Shown here: positions 7,823 to 15,797 of the stretch, one piece after another
Layout of the letters: every line of letters begins with the position of its first letter
How positions within the stretch are numbered: the first letter of the stretch is position 1
Assembly: GCF_000195755.1 (NCBI RefSeq)
Contig: NC_002937.3
Span: forward strand, 240,001 to 272,000
Reading direction: 5' to 3'
Length of the DNA: 32,000 bases
Origin: Nitratidesulfovibrio vulgaris str. Hildenborough
Lineage (GTDB): Bacteria; Desulfobacterota; Desulfovibrionia; Desulfovibrionales; Desulfovibrionaceae
Notes under the pieces: generated by a model
Told to the model about the DNA's origin: nothing
The model's database searches: none
The model's input: the letters and a program-made list of their open reading frames with translations, nothing else
Program-made: the position numbers and the translations under genes

Positions 7823-8391
7823 TGACCTACGACGTAGCATTCATGCGTGCCATGGAGTTCACGCTCCCGCGCGAGGGCGGCCTCTCCGATGATGCCGACG
7901 ACCCGGGGGGCGTGACCAACCACGGCATAAGCCTGCGCTGGCTCCGCTCTCTCGGACAGCTTGAGGGCGATGTCGACGGTGATGGCGATGTGGACGCGGA
8001 CGACATCCGGGGCCTCACCCCCGAACAGGCCACGGCCTTGTATCACCGTCACTTCTGGCTGCGGCCGGGCTTGCAGTCGCTGCCGCAGGGCATTGCCATC
8101 TGCCAGTTCGATGCGGGCGTGAACTGCGGCCTGACCCGGGCCGTCCGCATCCTGCAAGAGGCTCTTTGCGGCATGGGCCAGTCCGTGGCCGTGGACGGCA
8201 TCTTCGGCGGCAAGACCTTCTCTGCCGTCATGTCGCTCTGCCGTCTTCCGTATGGCGAGCCGCGTCTTGCCACCGCCATGTGTCTTGGCCGCATCCGCTT
8301 CTATGTGGACCTCGCGGCTTCGCCCAAGCGCGCCAAGTACCTTCGCGGCTGGGTGAGCCGCGCAACCGACCTTGCCAGCCTCGTGGGCTGA
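7822..8391 (+). CDS. Endolysin, glycoside hydrolase family 108 N-terminal domain plus PG_binding_3-like C-terminal domain
   Basis: The TGATG junction overlaps the holin stop. Motifs: TLPREGGLSDDADDPGGVTNHGIS (GH108 catalytic motif), FDAGVNCG, DGIFGGKT, and GW..R near the C-terminus. Confidence 0.85.
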   Translation: MTYDVAFMRAMEFTLPREGGLSDDADDPGGVTNHGISLRWLRSLGQLEGDVDGDGDVDADDIRGLTPEQATALYHRHFWLRPGLQSLPQGIAICQFDAGVNCGLTRAVRILQEALCGMGQSVAVDGIFGGKTFSAVMSLCRLPYGEPRLATAMCLGRIRFYVDLAASPKRAKYLRGWVSRATDLASLVG

Positions 8392-8408
8392 CACAGGCAG
8401 GAGGCCCC

Positions 8409-8819
8409 ATGAAGAGATTCCGCACCCTGTCCCTCGTGCTCTCCGTGCTGCTGCTCGCCGCGTGCAGTGACTTCGAGAACAACGCCTACAACACGCTGGT
8501 CATCGCGGGCGAGACCTACGACGCCACCATGTCCGCCCTCGCAGACGGCCACGCCGGGGGCACTCTCGACGATGCGCAGTATGCCAAGGCCAAGGCCGTG
8601 GCCCGCATCTACCGGGGGGCCTTCCAGTCGGCGCGGATAGCCCTTGAGGAGTATGTGGCCAGCCCCGGCGACACGCAGCGCGACAGGGTCACGCAGATGC
8701 TGGTGGCCATGACGGGCCGCCTGTCCGAGTTGCTCGACTGCGCCCGTGGCATGGGCGTCGGCGTCCACGACCTGAATACGGGGCAGCCTGCCCCGGTGAA
8801 GGAGGAAGACCATGTCTAA
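8409..8819 (+). CDS. Lipoprotein of unknown function in the lysis cassette (possible non-canonical spanin component)
   Basis: Signal peptide with lipobox LLLAAC (Cys19) and GGAGG RBS. The mature part is helical and Ala/Leu/Glu-rich. There is no C-terminal TM segment. Confidence 0.7.
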   Translation: MKRFRTLSLVLSVLLLAACSDFENNAYNTLVIAGETYDATMSALADGHAGGTLDDAQYAKAKAVARIYRGAFQSARIALEEYVASPGDTQRDRVTQMLVAMTGRLSELLDCARGMGVGVHDLNTGQPAPVKEEDHV

Positions 8820-8979
8820 GGAAGTGCTCGTCACCGTGCTGCGGCTGGCCCTCACGCATGGCGTTCCCGCGGTGCTGGACGCCGTCGAACGCTGCAAGGG
8901 TGAGGTCACCGTGGAGAAGATTCGCCAGTTGGCCGACCTCGTGCCCGACCCGGACAGCTACGACAGGCCGGAGCGCTGA
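8812..8979 (+). CDS. Small hypothetical protein (55 aa; below the ORF-track length cutoff)
   Basis: ATG at 8812 with GGAGGA 6 nt upstream, overlapping the lipoprotein stop. GC3 is high throughout. The N-terminus is moderately hydrophobic (VLVTVLRLALTHGVPAVL). Confidence 0.55.
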   Translation: MSKEVLVTVLRLALTHGVPAVLDAVERCKGEVTVEKIRQLADLVPDPDSYDRPER

Positions 8980-8981
8980 CC

Positions 8982-9575
8982 ATGGCTGACAAGAGGCTTG
9001 CCCGTCTGGACACGTTCCACGCCAAGCATGTGCTGGGAGAACTCTACCGTAAGGTGGAGCGGCTCCCGAACGGCATAGAACGGGTGGTCGTGCACTCGCT
9101 GAACCGGGCCATCTACGCCATGCGGACGGAGACGAGCAAGGCCATCCGCGAGGAGTATGCCGCTCCCAAGAAGGATGTGGATGCCACCATGTGGGTGAGG
9201 CACGCTCGACCCGGTACGAAGATCGCCGTTCTCTATGCGCGGGGACGCATGTCCATCCCCCTCATCCGCTGGGGGGCGAAGCCGACGAAGAAGGGCGTCA
9301 CGGTGAAGATCCGCCAAGGTGCGGGCCGGAAGCTCATCTCGACGACAGGCGGCAAGAAGGATCGCCCGCTACTGGGGGCATTCATCGCCAAGGGAGAGGT
9401 CTACGGGCGCACCCAGAAGGCGAGCTACCCGATCGTGCGCCTCTATGGTCCGTCCTTCCTCTCCGTTCTCGGCAGGCCGGAGACGCGGTTCCGTCAGCAG
9501 GTGCGTGCGGAGGAGATCTTCTCCAAGCGTGTTCTGGTCGAGGCAAACCGCATTCTGGACAAGGTGAAGGCATGA
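8982..9575 (+). CDS. Tail completion / minor tail protein Z-like (lambda gpZ family)
   Basis: 197 aa. By-eye alignment to lambda Z: NRAIYAMRTETSKAI vs NRVASSAISQSASQV, LLGAFIAKG vs IPGAFIQQL, SYPIVRLYGPS vs RYPIDVVKIP. Confidence 0.65.
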   Translation: MADKRLARLDTFHAKHVLGELYRKVERLPNGIERVVVHSLNRAIYAMRTETSKAIREEYAAPKKDVDATMWVRHARPGTKIAVLYARGRMSIPLIRWGAKPTKKGVTVKIRQGAGRKLISTTGGKKDRPLLGAFIAKGEVYGRTQKASYPIVRLYGPSFLSVLGRPETRFRQQVRAEEIFSKRVLVEANRILDKVKA

Positions 9576-9898
9576 GACTCGCAGACCGCGCCCGTCTGGA
9601 TCAACGCCGCATCTTCGCTTCCGGCTTCACGGAGCCTGTGACCATCGCCTTCGCCAGCGGCGAGCAGGTGGCCACCAACGGCATCTGGTTCGAAGGGGCC
9701 GAACTGGTGGAGGCTGGCGACTACCTGCAGGTGAGCAGCAGCAAGCCCAGCATCGTGGTGCTTCGCGATGGACTGCCCGGCAAGCCCCGTGCGGAGGACG
9801 ACCGGGTCTGCTTCTGCGACCAGTGGTTCACCGTGGCGGACTGCGAACCCCTGCACCCCGGCATGTGGCGCATACGCCTGCACAAGGAGTCTGCATGA
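9572..9898 (+). CDS. Head-tail attachment protein, lambda gpFII-like
   Basis: ATGA coupling to the previous gene; 108 aa. The pattern TIAFASGEQ...GIWFEG...SSKPSIVVLRD...DQWFTV parallels lambda FII (TITSGEQ..GVFDD..SSPSLFVRTD..ENFWV). Confidence 0.6.
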   Translation: MRLADRARLDQRRIFASGFTEPVTIAFASGEQVATNGIWFEGAELVEAGDYLQVSSSKPSIVVLRDGLPGKPRAEDDRVCFCDQWFTVADCEPLHPGMWRIRLHKESA

Positions 9899-10452
9899 CC
9901 ACGCGCAAGGCCATCGTCGACCATGTCGCCGCCTTGCTGCGGTCGGCGCTGGGGGATGCGGTCAAGGCTGTGCACGCTTCGCGCGTGCGCCACATCCAGT
10001 CTGCCGACCTGCCAGCCGTGGGCGTCTATGCGCTCAAGGAGAAGGCCGACCACAAGGACACCTCGCCCCGGCGCTACGAGCGTTCGTTGACCCTCGCCGT
10101 CGAGGTCGTGGCGGAAGCCAACCGCGACCTCGACGCCATCCTCTACGACCGTGCCGACAGGATCGAACTTGCCCTCCTGGACGACCCGACCTTCGGCGGC
10201 CTCGTGGATGACAGCGAACTGGACGCCGTGGAGATATCCCTCGCCGCATCGGGGGAGCGTCTCATGGGGTGCGCCCGTATCGACTGCACCGTGACCTACG
10301 AGCGGCCCCTCGCGGATGCGCCGCTGGACGTCTTCGCCACCGGGGGCGTCAGCTGGGACCTCGTTTCACCTGCTGGCACCCCGGACGGCACTATCGACGC
10401 TCAAGACACCCTGACCCTGCCACAGGAGGCTCCCCATGCCCCACATCCCTGA
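9895..10452 (+). CDS. Tail terminator protein, lambda gpU-like, with ~45-aa C-terminal extension
   Basis: ATGA coupling. DLPAVGVYAL vs lambda U DFPAVAVYL, and a terminal ...CTVTYE vs ...YVITYE. The extension is Pro/Asp/Thr-rich. Confidence 0.6.
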   Translation: MTTRKAIVDHVAALLRSALGDAVKAVHASRVRHIQSADLPAVGVYALKEKADHKDTSPRRYERSLTLAVEVVAEANRDLDAILYDRADRIELALLDDPTFGGLVDDSELDAVEISLAASGERLMGCARIDCTVTYERPLADAPLDVFATGGVSWDLVSPAGTPDGTIDAQDTLTLPQEAPHAPHP

Positions 10453-10627
10453 GACCCTGCACATCAGACCGCGCACCGGGCTTGTGGTGCGCGACCCCGC
10501 GACCATGCAGCCCCTGCCTGCCGAAGGTGCAGAGGTGCCGACCGATTCGCACTGGCTGCGCCGGCTGCAAGCGGGAGACGTGGTGCCCGTCACCGCCGGA
10601 CCTTCCAAGCCCAGAAAGGGAGACTAG
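10436..10627 (+). CDS. Small Mu-like prophage protein preceding the sheath (DUF2635-like)
   Basis: 63 aa, directly upstream of a Mu-type sheath gene as in FluMu-type prophages. Motif: RDPATMQPLPAEGAEVP...WLRRLQAGDV. Confidence 0.6.
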   Translation: MPHIPETLHIRPRTGLVVRDPATMQPLPAEGAEVPTDSHWLRRLQAGDVVPVTAGPSKPRKGD

Positions 10628-10630
10628 GCC

Positions 10631-12094
10631 ATGACCATAGGATTCAACGAAGTACCCAACGCCATGCGTGTGCCGTTCGTCTATGTGGAGATAGACAACA
10701 GCAATGCCGTGTCGGGGCCTGCGCTCATGCCCTACCGCACACTGGTCTGCGGGCAGAAGCTGGCTGCGGGCGCGCAGGCACCGCTGGTGCCGGTGCGCGT
10801 GACCTCGGCACAGCAGGCCGTGGCGCTGTTCGGTGCCGGTTCCATGCTGGCGCAGTCCTGCGCCACCTATCTGGCAGCGGACCCTACCACCGAGATGTAC
10901 GCCATCGCCACGGAGGATGCCCCCGCCGGGCAGGCTGCCACCGGCAAGGTGACCCTCACCGGGGCCGCCACCGAAGGCGGCACGCTGGCCCTGTACATCG
11001 GGGGGCGTCGCATCCTCTGCGGTGTCACCTCGGGCCAGCAGGCGGCAGCCGTGGCCACGGCCCTTGCCGCCGCCATCAACGCCATGCCCGACTGCCCGTG
11101 CAGTGCCAGCGCCACGGCGGGTGATGTGACCCTGACCTCTCGTCACAAGGGGCTTGCAGGCAACGGCATCGACGTGCGCCTGAACTACAATGGCGAATCC
11201 ACGCCCGCCGGACTCATGGTGGCCATCACCGCCTTTACAGGCGGTACGGCCAGCCCCGACGTCGCGCCGCTCATCGCCGCCCTTGGTGATGCCCACTGGA
11301 ACGTGCTGGTCTGGCCGTGGACCGATGCCGCAAGCCTGACCGCCATCGAAAGGGAACTGATGGACCGCTGGGGCGCGTTGCGCATGATCGAGGGCGTGGC
11401 CATCTCTGCCGCCACCGGAACCCATGCGGAACTCGGCACCCTCGGTGACGGGCGCAACAGCCAGCACCTCACCGTCATGCACTGCCACGGCGTGCCCACC
11501 CCCGCGTGGGAGGTGGCCGCCTCGACCGCTGCCGTGGCTGCCTACTACGGCAACATCGACCCCGCGCGCCCCTTCCAGACGCTGGAACTCAAGGGCGTGC
11601 TTCCGCCGGCGCAGAAGGACAGGTTCACGCAGCGCGAGAACAACCTGCTGCTGTTCGACGGCATCTCCACCTTCTACGTGGATGCCGGGGGCGCGGTGCG
11701 AGTGCAGCGACTCATCACCACCTACAAGACCAGCCCCAACGGGGCGGAAGACCCCAGCTACCTCGACCTCAACACCGTGCTCACGCTGGGCTACCTGCGG
11801 TACGACTTCCGCAACTACATCCTGCGCAAGTACCCGCGCCACAAGCTGGCGGATGACAACGCCCGCTTCGGGGCAGGGCAGCCCGTGATCACGCCCAAGG
11901 TCGGCAAGGCCGAGGCCATCGCCCGTGCCCGGATGTGGGAGGAGATGGGCCTTGTGGAGAACGTGGACGTCTTCGCCCAGCAGGTCATCTGCGAGCGCAA
12001 CCAGCGCGACCGCAACCGGCTGGACTGGATGCTGCCGCCCGATCTGGTCAACCAGTTTTGCGTGGGCGGCGTGAAGCTCTCATTTATTTTGTAA
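10631..12094 (+). CDS. Contractile tail sheath protein (Mu gpL-like)
   Basis: 487 aa. The N-terminus (GFNEVPNAMRVPFVYVEIDNS) is typical of Mu-like sheaths. It is followed by tube and chaperone genes. Confidence 0.9.
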   Translation: MTIGFNEVPNAMRVPFVYVEIDNSNAVSGPALMPYRTLVCGQKLAAGAQAPLVPVRVTSAQQAVALFGAGSMLAQSCATYLAADPTTEMYAIATEDAPAGQAATGKVTLTGAATEGGTLALYIGGRRILCGVTSGQQAAAVATALAAAINAMPDCPCSASATAGDVTLTSRHKGLAGNGIDVRLNYNGESTPAGLMVAITAFTGGTASPDVAPLIAALGDAHWNVLVWPWTDAASLTAIERELMDRWGALRMIEGVAISAATGTHAELGTLGDGRNSQHLTVMHCHGVPTPAWEVAASTAAVAAYYGNIDPARPFQTLELKGVLPPAQKDRFTQRENNLLLFDGISTFYVDAGGAVRVQRLITTYKTSPNGAEDPSYLDLNTVLTLGYLRYDFRNYILRKYPRHKLADDNARFGAGQPVITPKVGKAEAIARARMWEEMGLVENVDVFAQQVICERNQRDRNRLDWMLPPDLVNQFCVGGVKLSFIL

Positions 12095-12099
12095 CCAAA

Positions 12100-12125
12100 G
12101 GGGCTTCGGCATGGCCTGAAGCCCC
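12100..12125 (+). promoter_or_regulatory. Intercistronic GC-rich stem-loop between sheath and tube genes
   Basis: GGGGCTTCGGC atg GCCtGAAGCCCC (11 bp with one bulge). No T-run follows. The AAGGAG RBS of the tube gene lies just downstream. Confidence 0.5.
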
Positions 12126-12143
12126 GCCTACAAGGAGCAGACC

Positions 12144-12509
12144 ATGGCAGGCAATGCCCGCGCCGGACGCATCTACCTCAAGGTCGACGGCGTCCTTCAG
12201 GAGGCCAAAGGCGAGTTCTCGTACAACCTCGGCACCGACAAGCGAGAGGCCATCGTCGGGGCCGATGCGGTGCATGGCTACAAGTCGTCCGTGCAGGTGG
12301 CCTTCGTTGAGGGGGCCATCACCGACAGCATCACGCTCGACCTCAAGAAGCTCACGTCGCTCGACGGCGTCACCGTCACGCTCGAGTTGCACAACGGCAA
12401 GACCATCGTGCTGCGCGATGCGTGGTACGCGGGCGAGGGCACGGTGAAGACCGGCGAGGCGGAGATAGCCGTGCGCTTCGAAGGCAAGCAGGCCGAGGAG
12501 GTGCGCTGA
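12144..12509 (+). CDS. Tail tube protein (Mu gpM-like)
   Basis: 121 aa with AAGGAG RBS. The pattern GRIYLKVDG...AKGEFSYNLG...VHGYK and its position after the sheath support the call. Confidence 0.85.
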   Translation: MAGNARAGRIYLKVDGVLQEAKGEFSYNLGTDKREAIVGADAVHGYKSSVQVAFVEGAITDSITLDLKKLTSLDGVTVTLELHNGKTIVLRDAWYAGEGTVKTGEAEIAVRFEGKQAEEVR

Positions 12510-12769
12510 TGGAACGCCGCATGACCCTCAAGACCCCTCTGCAGAACGGCAGCGAGACCATCACCGAACTGGTGTTCCAAGGCCCGCTCAAGGGCAGGCA
12601 CATGAAGGGACTACCCCTCGCGCTGTGCTACGACCACCTGCTCACCATCGGTGGCAGGATGTGCGGCCAGCCGCCCAGCGTCATGGAAGAGTTGAGCGGC
12701 GAGGACCTCGCCACCGTGCTCGGTGTCGTCACCGATTTTTTGCCCGCTGGCCCGAGGACTGGACAGTAG
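12509..12769 (+). CDS. Tail assembly chaperone, zero-frame product (FluMu gp41 / lambda G analogue)
   Basis: The ATG overlaps the tube stop (TGATG). 86 aa, lying between tube and tape measure. It contains the slippery site near its 3' end. Confidence 0.8.
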   Translation: MERRMTLKTPLQNGSETITELVFQGPLKGRHMKGLPLALCYDHLLTIGGRMCGQPPSVMEELSGEDLATVLGVVTDFLPAGPRTGQ

Positions 12770-12888
12770 CCGTCGGGCTTATCGCCTACACCTTCCACTT
12801 TCCGCCCGGCGACCTGCTGGACATGGACGTGGATGACCTCCGCTTCTGGCTCGACCGGATCAACGACTTGCCCAAGGAAAGCATGTGA
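12509..12888 (+). CDS. Tail assembly chaperone, -1 frameshift fusion product, join(12509..12739,12739..12888)
   Basis: The -1 frame is open from the slippery heptamer to 12888 (FFARWPEDW...DDLRFWLDRINDLPKESM). It ends by overlapping the tape-measure start (ATGTGA). Confidence 0.7.
12736..12742 (+). promoter_or_regulatory. Programmed -1 ribosomal frameshift slippery heptamer T_TTT_TTG
   Basis: The zero frame reads GAT TTT TTG, which fits X_XXY_YYZ. Its position is conserved relative to the G/GT-type chaperone pairs of tailed phages. Confidence 0.7.
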
Positions 12889-14459
12889 GCACCCGCGAAA
12901 CAGCCCTTACCTTCGTCATCGGAGCCGTCGACAGATTCTCGGCACCGTTCCGCAGTCTGAACGACCGTATGGAACGGCTGCAGCAGAAGGTGTCGGGGGT
13001 CACGCAGGCGTTCGGCAACCTCGAGGCGGAACGCTCACGGTTCAGCCGGCTGACCGGCATGGAGCGGTTCGGCAGGTTCGGTAACGAGATGCATGGCCGG
13101 GTGCAGCAACTCGCCGGTTCGTTCGCGGCGCTGGCCGCTACGGGCAGTGCCGCTGCACTCGGCCTTGGCTACGCCTTCAAGACGCAGTTCGTGGACACGG
13201 CCAGCCAGTTCGAACGGTTCGAGACCATCCTCACCACGCTCAATCAGGGCGACACGGGCAAGGCCAAGAAGGAGATGGGCTGGATATCCGACTTCGCCGC
13301 CAAGACGCCTTATGAGTTGGCGCAGGTCACGGACTCGTTCGTCAAACTCCGCAGCTACGGTCTCGACCCCACCAAGGGTCTACTGAGGACCGTAGGCGAT
13401 ACTGCGTATGCCATGGGCAAACCGCTTGACCAAGCTGCAGAGGCCATCGCCGATGCTATGACAGGGCAAAATGAACGGCTCAAGGAGTTCGGTATCAATG
13501 CCTCCAAAGTTGGAGATAAAATTGTCTATGACTATGTAGATGCTACGAATAAGCAAGCCAAGCTCATGGTCAAAGCCAATGACCGGGCCGCCATACAGGC
13601 TGCAATTACCAAGATATGGGCCGAGAAGTACGGCGGCGGCATGGAGGCAGGATCCAAAACTTTCGGCGGCATGGTGTCGAACCTCTCCGACTCGTGGGGC
13701 AATTTTACGCGCATGGTCATGTCCAACGGCGTGTTCGACTGGATGAAGGGCAAGCTCGAGGGCGTGCTGGCCAAGATCGACGAGATGTCTGGCGACGGCA
13801 GATTGCAGGCGTGGGCCAAGGACATCGGCGAGAAGCTGACCCGTTTCTTCGATGCGGCATGGAACGCGCTGCCCAAGGTGTGGGAGGGCATCCAGCGGTT
13901 CGGCGACAAGCTGGCGTGGGTGGCCGACCTCGTGGGCGGCTGGGACAACCTCGGCATGGTGCTGGCCGCCGCCTTCAGCGGACTGCTTGGCCCGCTGGTG
14001 GGCCTTGTGGGAGTGTTCGCGCAACTCGGGCTGGTGATGATGGCGACGCCCTTCGGCTGGGTGGCTGGTGGCATCGGGCTTCTGGTGGCTGGCATCACGG
14101 CCCTGTGGCTCAAGTGGGACAAGATCGTGGCGTGGGTGCGCGACAGCATCCCCGAGTGGATGCAGCGGGGCGTCTTCGCAGAGAGCGGCGACCCGGTCGG
14201 AGCCTCGGAGGATGACGCTCCGGAGCCTCGCCCTCTCTCGTCCCTCTTCGGTGGTGGCGAGGACGAGGCGACGCCACGGCCCAAGCTCGGCGCGGCCTCC
14301 GTGGCGCAGCACCGGCAGGAGATGCGCAGCACCCATACCGAACGCTCGGAGTCGAACGTCAGGCTCGAGGTGGTCGCGCCGGCGGGCACCCGCGTGAGCC
14401 AGAGCGGGGCACCTGTGGATATCGACACCGTCTACACTGGCGAGTCCGCCCGTAACTAG
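12885..14459 (+). CDS. Tail tape measure protein
   Basis: 524 aa with a GTG start. Core motif GWISDFAAKTPYELAQVTDSFVKLRSYGLDP. It has a hydrophobic Gly/Ala/Leu-rich C-terminal segment and follows the chaperone pair. Confidence 0.85.
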   Translation: MSTRETALTFVIGAVDRFSAPFRSLNDRMERLQQKVSGVTQAFGNLEAERSRFSRLTGMERFGRFGNEMHGRVQQLAGSFAALAATGSAAALGLGYAFKTQFVDTASQFERFETILTTLNQGDTGKAKKEMGWISDFAAKTPYELAQVTDSFVKLRSYGLDPTKGLLRTVGDTAYAMGKPLDQAAEAIADAMTGQNERLKEFGINASKVGDKIVYDYVDATNKQAKLMVKANDRAAIQAAITKIWAEKYGGGMEAGSKTFGGMVSNLSDSWGNFTRMVMSNGVFDWMKGKLEGVLAKIDEMSGDGRLQAWAKDIGEKLTRFFDAAWNALPKVWEGIQRFGDKLAWVADLVGGWDNLGMVLAAAFSGLLGPLVGLVGVFAQLGLVMMATPFGWVAGGIGLLVAGITALWLKWDKIVAWVRDSIPEWMQRGVFAESGDPVGASEDDAPEPRPLSSLFGGGEDEATPRPKLGAASVAQHRQEMRSTHTERSESNVRLEVVAPAGTRVSQSGAPVDIDTVYTGESARN

Positions 14460-14467
14460 GAGCGACC

Positions 14468-15667
14468 ATGCAGAACACACCCGCATGGCGCAGGAACCTG
14501 CGCGAGGCCAGTTTTCGGGGCGTACCCTTCTACGTCGATGTCCGCGACATGGAGACCGGCAGGCGCACCGCCCTGCACGAGTTCCCCGGGCGCGACATCC
14601 CCTATGTGGAAGACCTCGGGCGCAAGGCGCGCACCATCTCGGTAGAGGCGTATGTGCTCGGCCCGGACTACATGCCCGGGCGCGACGCCCTGCTCGATGC
14701 CTGCGAGAAGGCAGGGCCGGGCCGACTGGTCGTGCCGTGGACGGGTGAGGTCGCCGTCGTATGCACCGGCTGCCGTCTGCGCGAGTCGCGGGCCGATGGT
14801 GGCATGGCCGCCTTCAGCCTGTCCTTCGCCGAGGCGGGCGAGGCTGCCACCCCCGCCGGGTCTGTCAGTTCATCCCGCCGGGCGGACTACCGGGCCGACA
14901 ACGCGCTGGCCGTGGCAGGCAGGCGTCTCGACCGCGACCTGTTGCGTGACGGCATGCCCGCAGGTGTGTTGTCCGACGCGCTCATGGCCATGCGTTCGGT
15001 GGCGGATGATGTCGCCTCGTACCGTTCCGTCTACGGCGACCCTTCGGGACTGGCCGGACATGTGGCAGCCCTTTCCGGGCTTTCCCTCTCGGGCTTCGCG
15101 GCCCTTTCGCCTTCCAGCCTGCTGTTGCCCTTCTTCGGCGACAGTGCCGGCATTCCCGCATCAGGTCATGGGCAGCGCTCGCGCGAGATGCTCTCCGTTG
15201 CGAGGGCGACACCACAGGTGACCATGCCTGCCGGGGCCGGGCGGGTGCGTACCGTGCAGGCCGAGAACCGCATGGCCATCGCCGCCTATCAGCGTCAGGC
15301 CGCCGTGGCCGAGGCGGCACGGTCGGCTGCGCTCTCCGCCCCGGAGTCGCGGCGCGAGGCTGCCACACTGCGGGCGGACGTGTGCGACGCCATCGACGGG
15401 GTACTGGACGATAGCCGCGACGATGCCGTGCATACCTCGTTCACCGACCTGCGTACCGCCACGGTGCGTGCCCTGTCCGAGAGCGGCGGTTCCGCGCCGG
15501 AGGTCATCACCGTAAGGCCGCCTGTGGTGCTGCCCTCGCTGGTAGTGGCCCACAGGGTCGAGCACGTGGCCGCCCTCGATGCCGAGCGCGACCTGCTGCG
15601 GCGTAACGCGGTGCGGCACCCCGGTTTCCTGCCCGCTGAAGAATTTGAGGTGTTGCGCCGTGCGTAA
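14468..15667 (+). CDS. DNA circulation protein (Mu gpN / gp43-like)
   Basis: N-terminus WRRNLREASFRGVPFYVDVRDMETGRRTALHEFPGRDIPYVEDLGRKARTISVEAYV is typical of the DNA_circ_N family. AGGAG RBS. Confidence 0.85.
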   Translation: MQNTPAWRRNLREASFRGVPFYVDVRDMETGRRTALHEFPGRDIPYVEDLGRKARTISVEAYVLGPDYMPGRDALLDACEKAGPGRLVVPWTGEVAVVCTGCRLRESRADGGMAAFSLSFAEAGEAATPAGSVSSSRRADYRADNALAVAGRRLDRDLLRDGMPAGVLSDALMAMRSVADDVASYRSVYGDPSGLAGHVAALSGLSLSGFAALSPSSLLLPFFGDSAGIPASGHGQRSREMLSVARATPQVTMPAGAGRVRTVQAENRMAIAAYQRQAAVAEAARSAALSAPESRREAATLRADVCDAIDGVLDDSRDDAVHTSFTDLRTATVRALSESGGSAPEVITVRPPVVLPSLVVAHRVEHVAALDAERDLLRRNAVRHPGFLPAEEFEVLRRA

Positions 15668-15797
15668 CGTCATTTCCTTGGGCGACGCAGTCGCGAGCGG
15701 TAGCGAGCAGATAGCGCAGATGGCGGGCCGCGAGGCTATGCCGCGCGGCATCATGCCCGACATCGAAGCGGGTAAGGAGGTTCTCCGTCGTGCGTGA
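15660..15797 (+). CDS. Possible small ORF (45 aa) bridging the N-like and P-like genes
   Basis: The GTG start overlaps the upstream stop, and the ORF's own stop overlaps the downstream GTG start. GC3 is moderately high. No homology recognised. Confidence 0.3.
   Translation: MRNVISLGDAVASGSEQIAQMAGREAMPRGIMPDIEAGKEVLRRA

Noticed and set aside
8409-8819. Unimolecular spanin (u-spanin)
   Set aside because: It has the N-terminal lipobox but no C-terminal transmembrane segment; the sequence ends in a polar ...PAPVKEEDHV.
10391-11842. 483-aa minus-strand ORF opposite the sheath gene. Similar long antisense ORFs occur at 4130-5656, 13380-14486, 15507-16514, 15751-16533 and 19108-20163.
   Set aside because: All are antisense to genes with strong family matches and operon coupling. 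They have no RBS or start context and a biased Arg/Gly/Ala/Pro composition.
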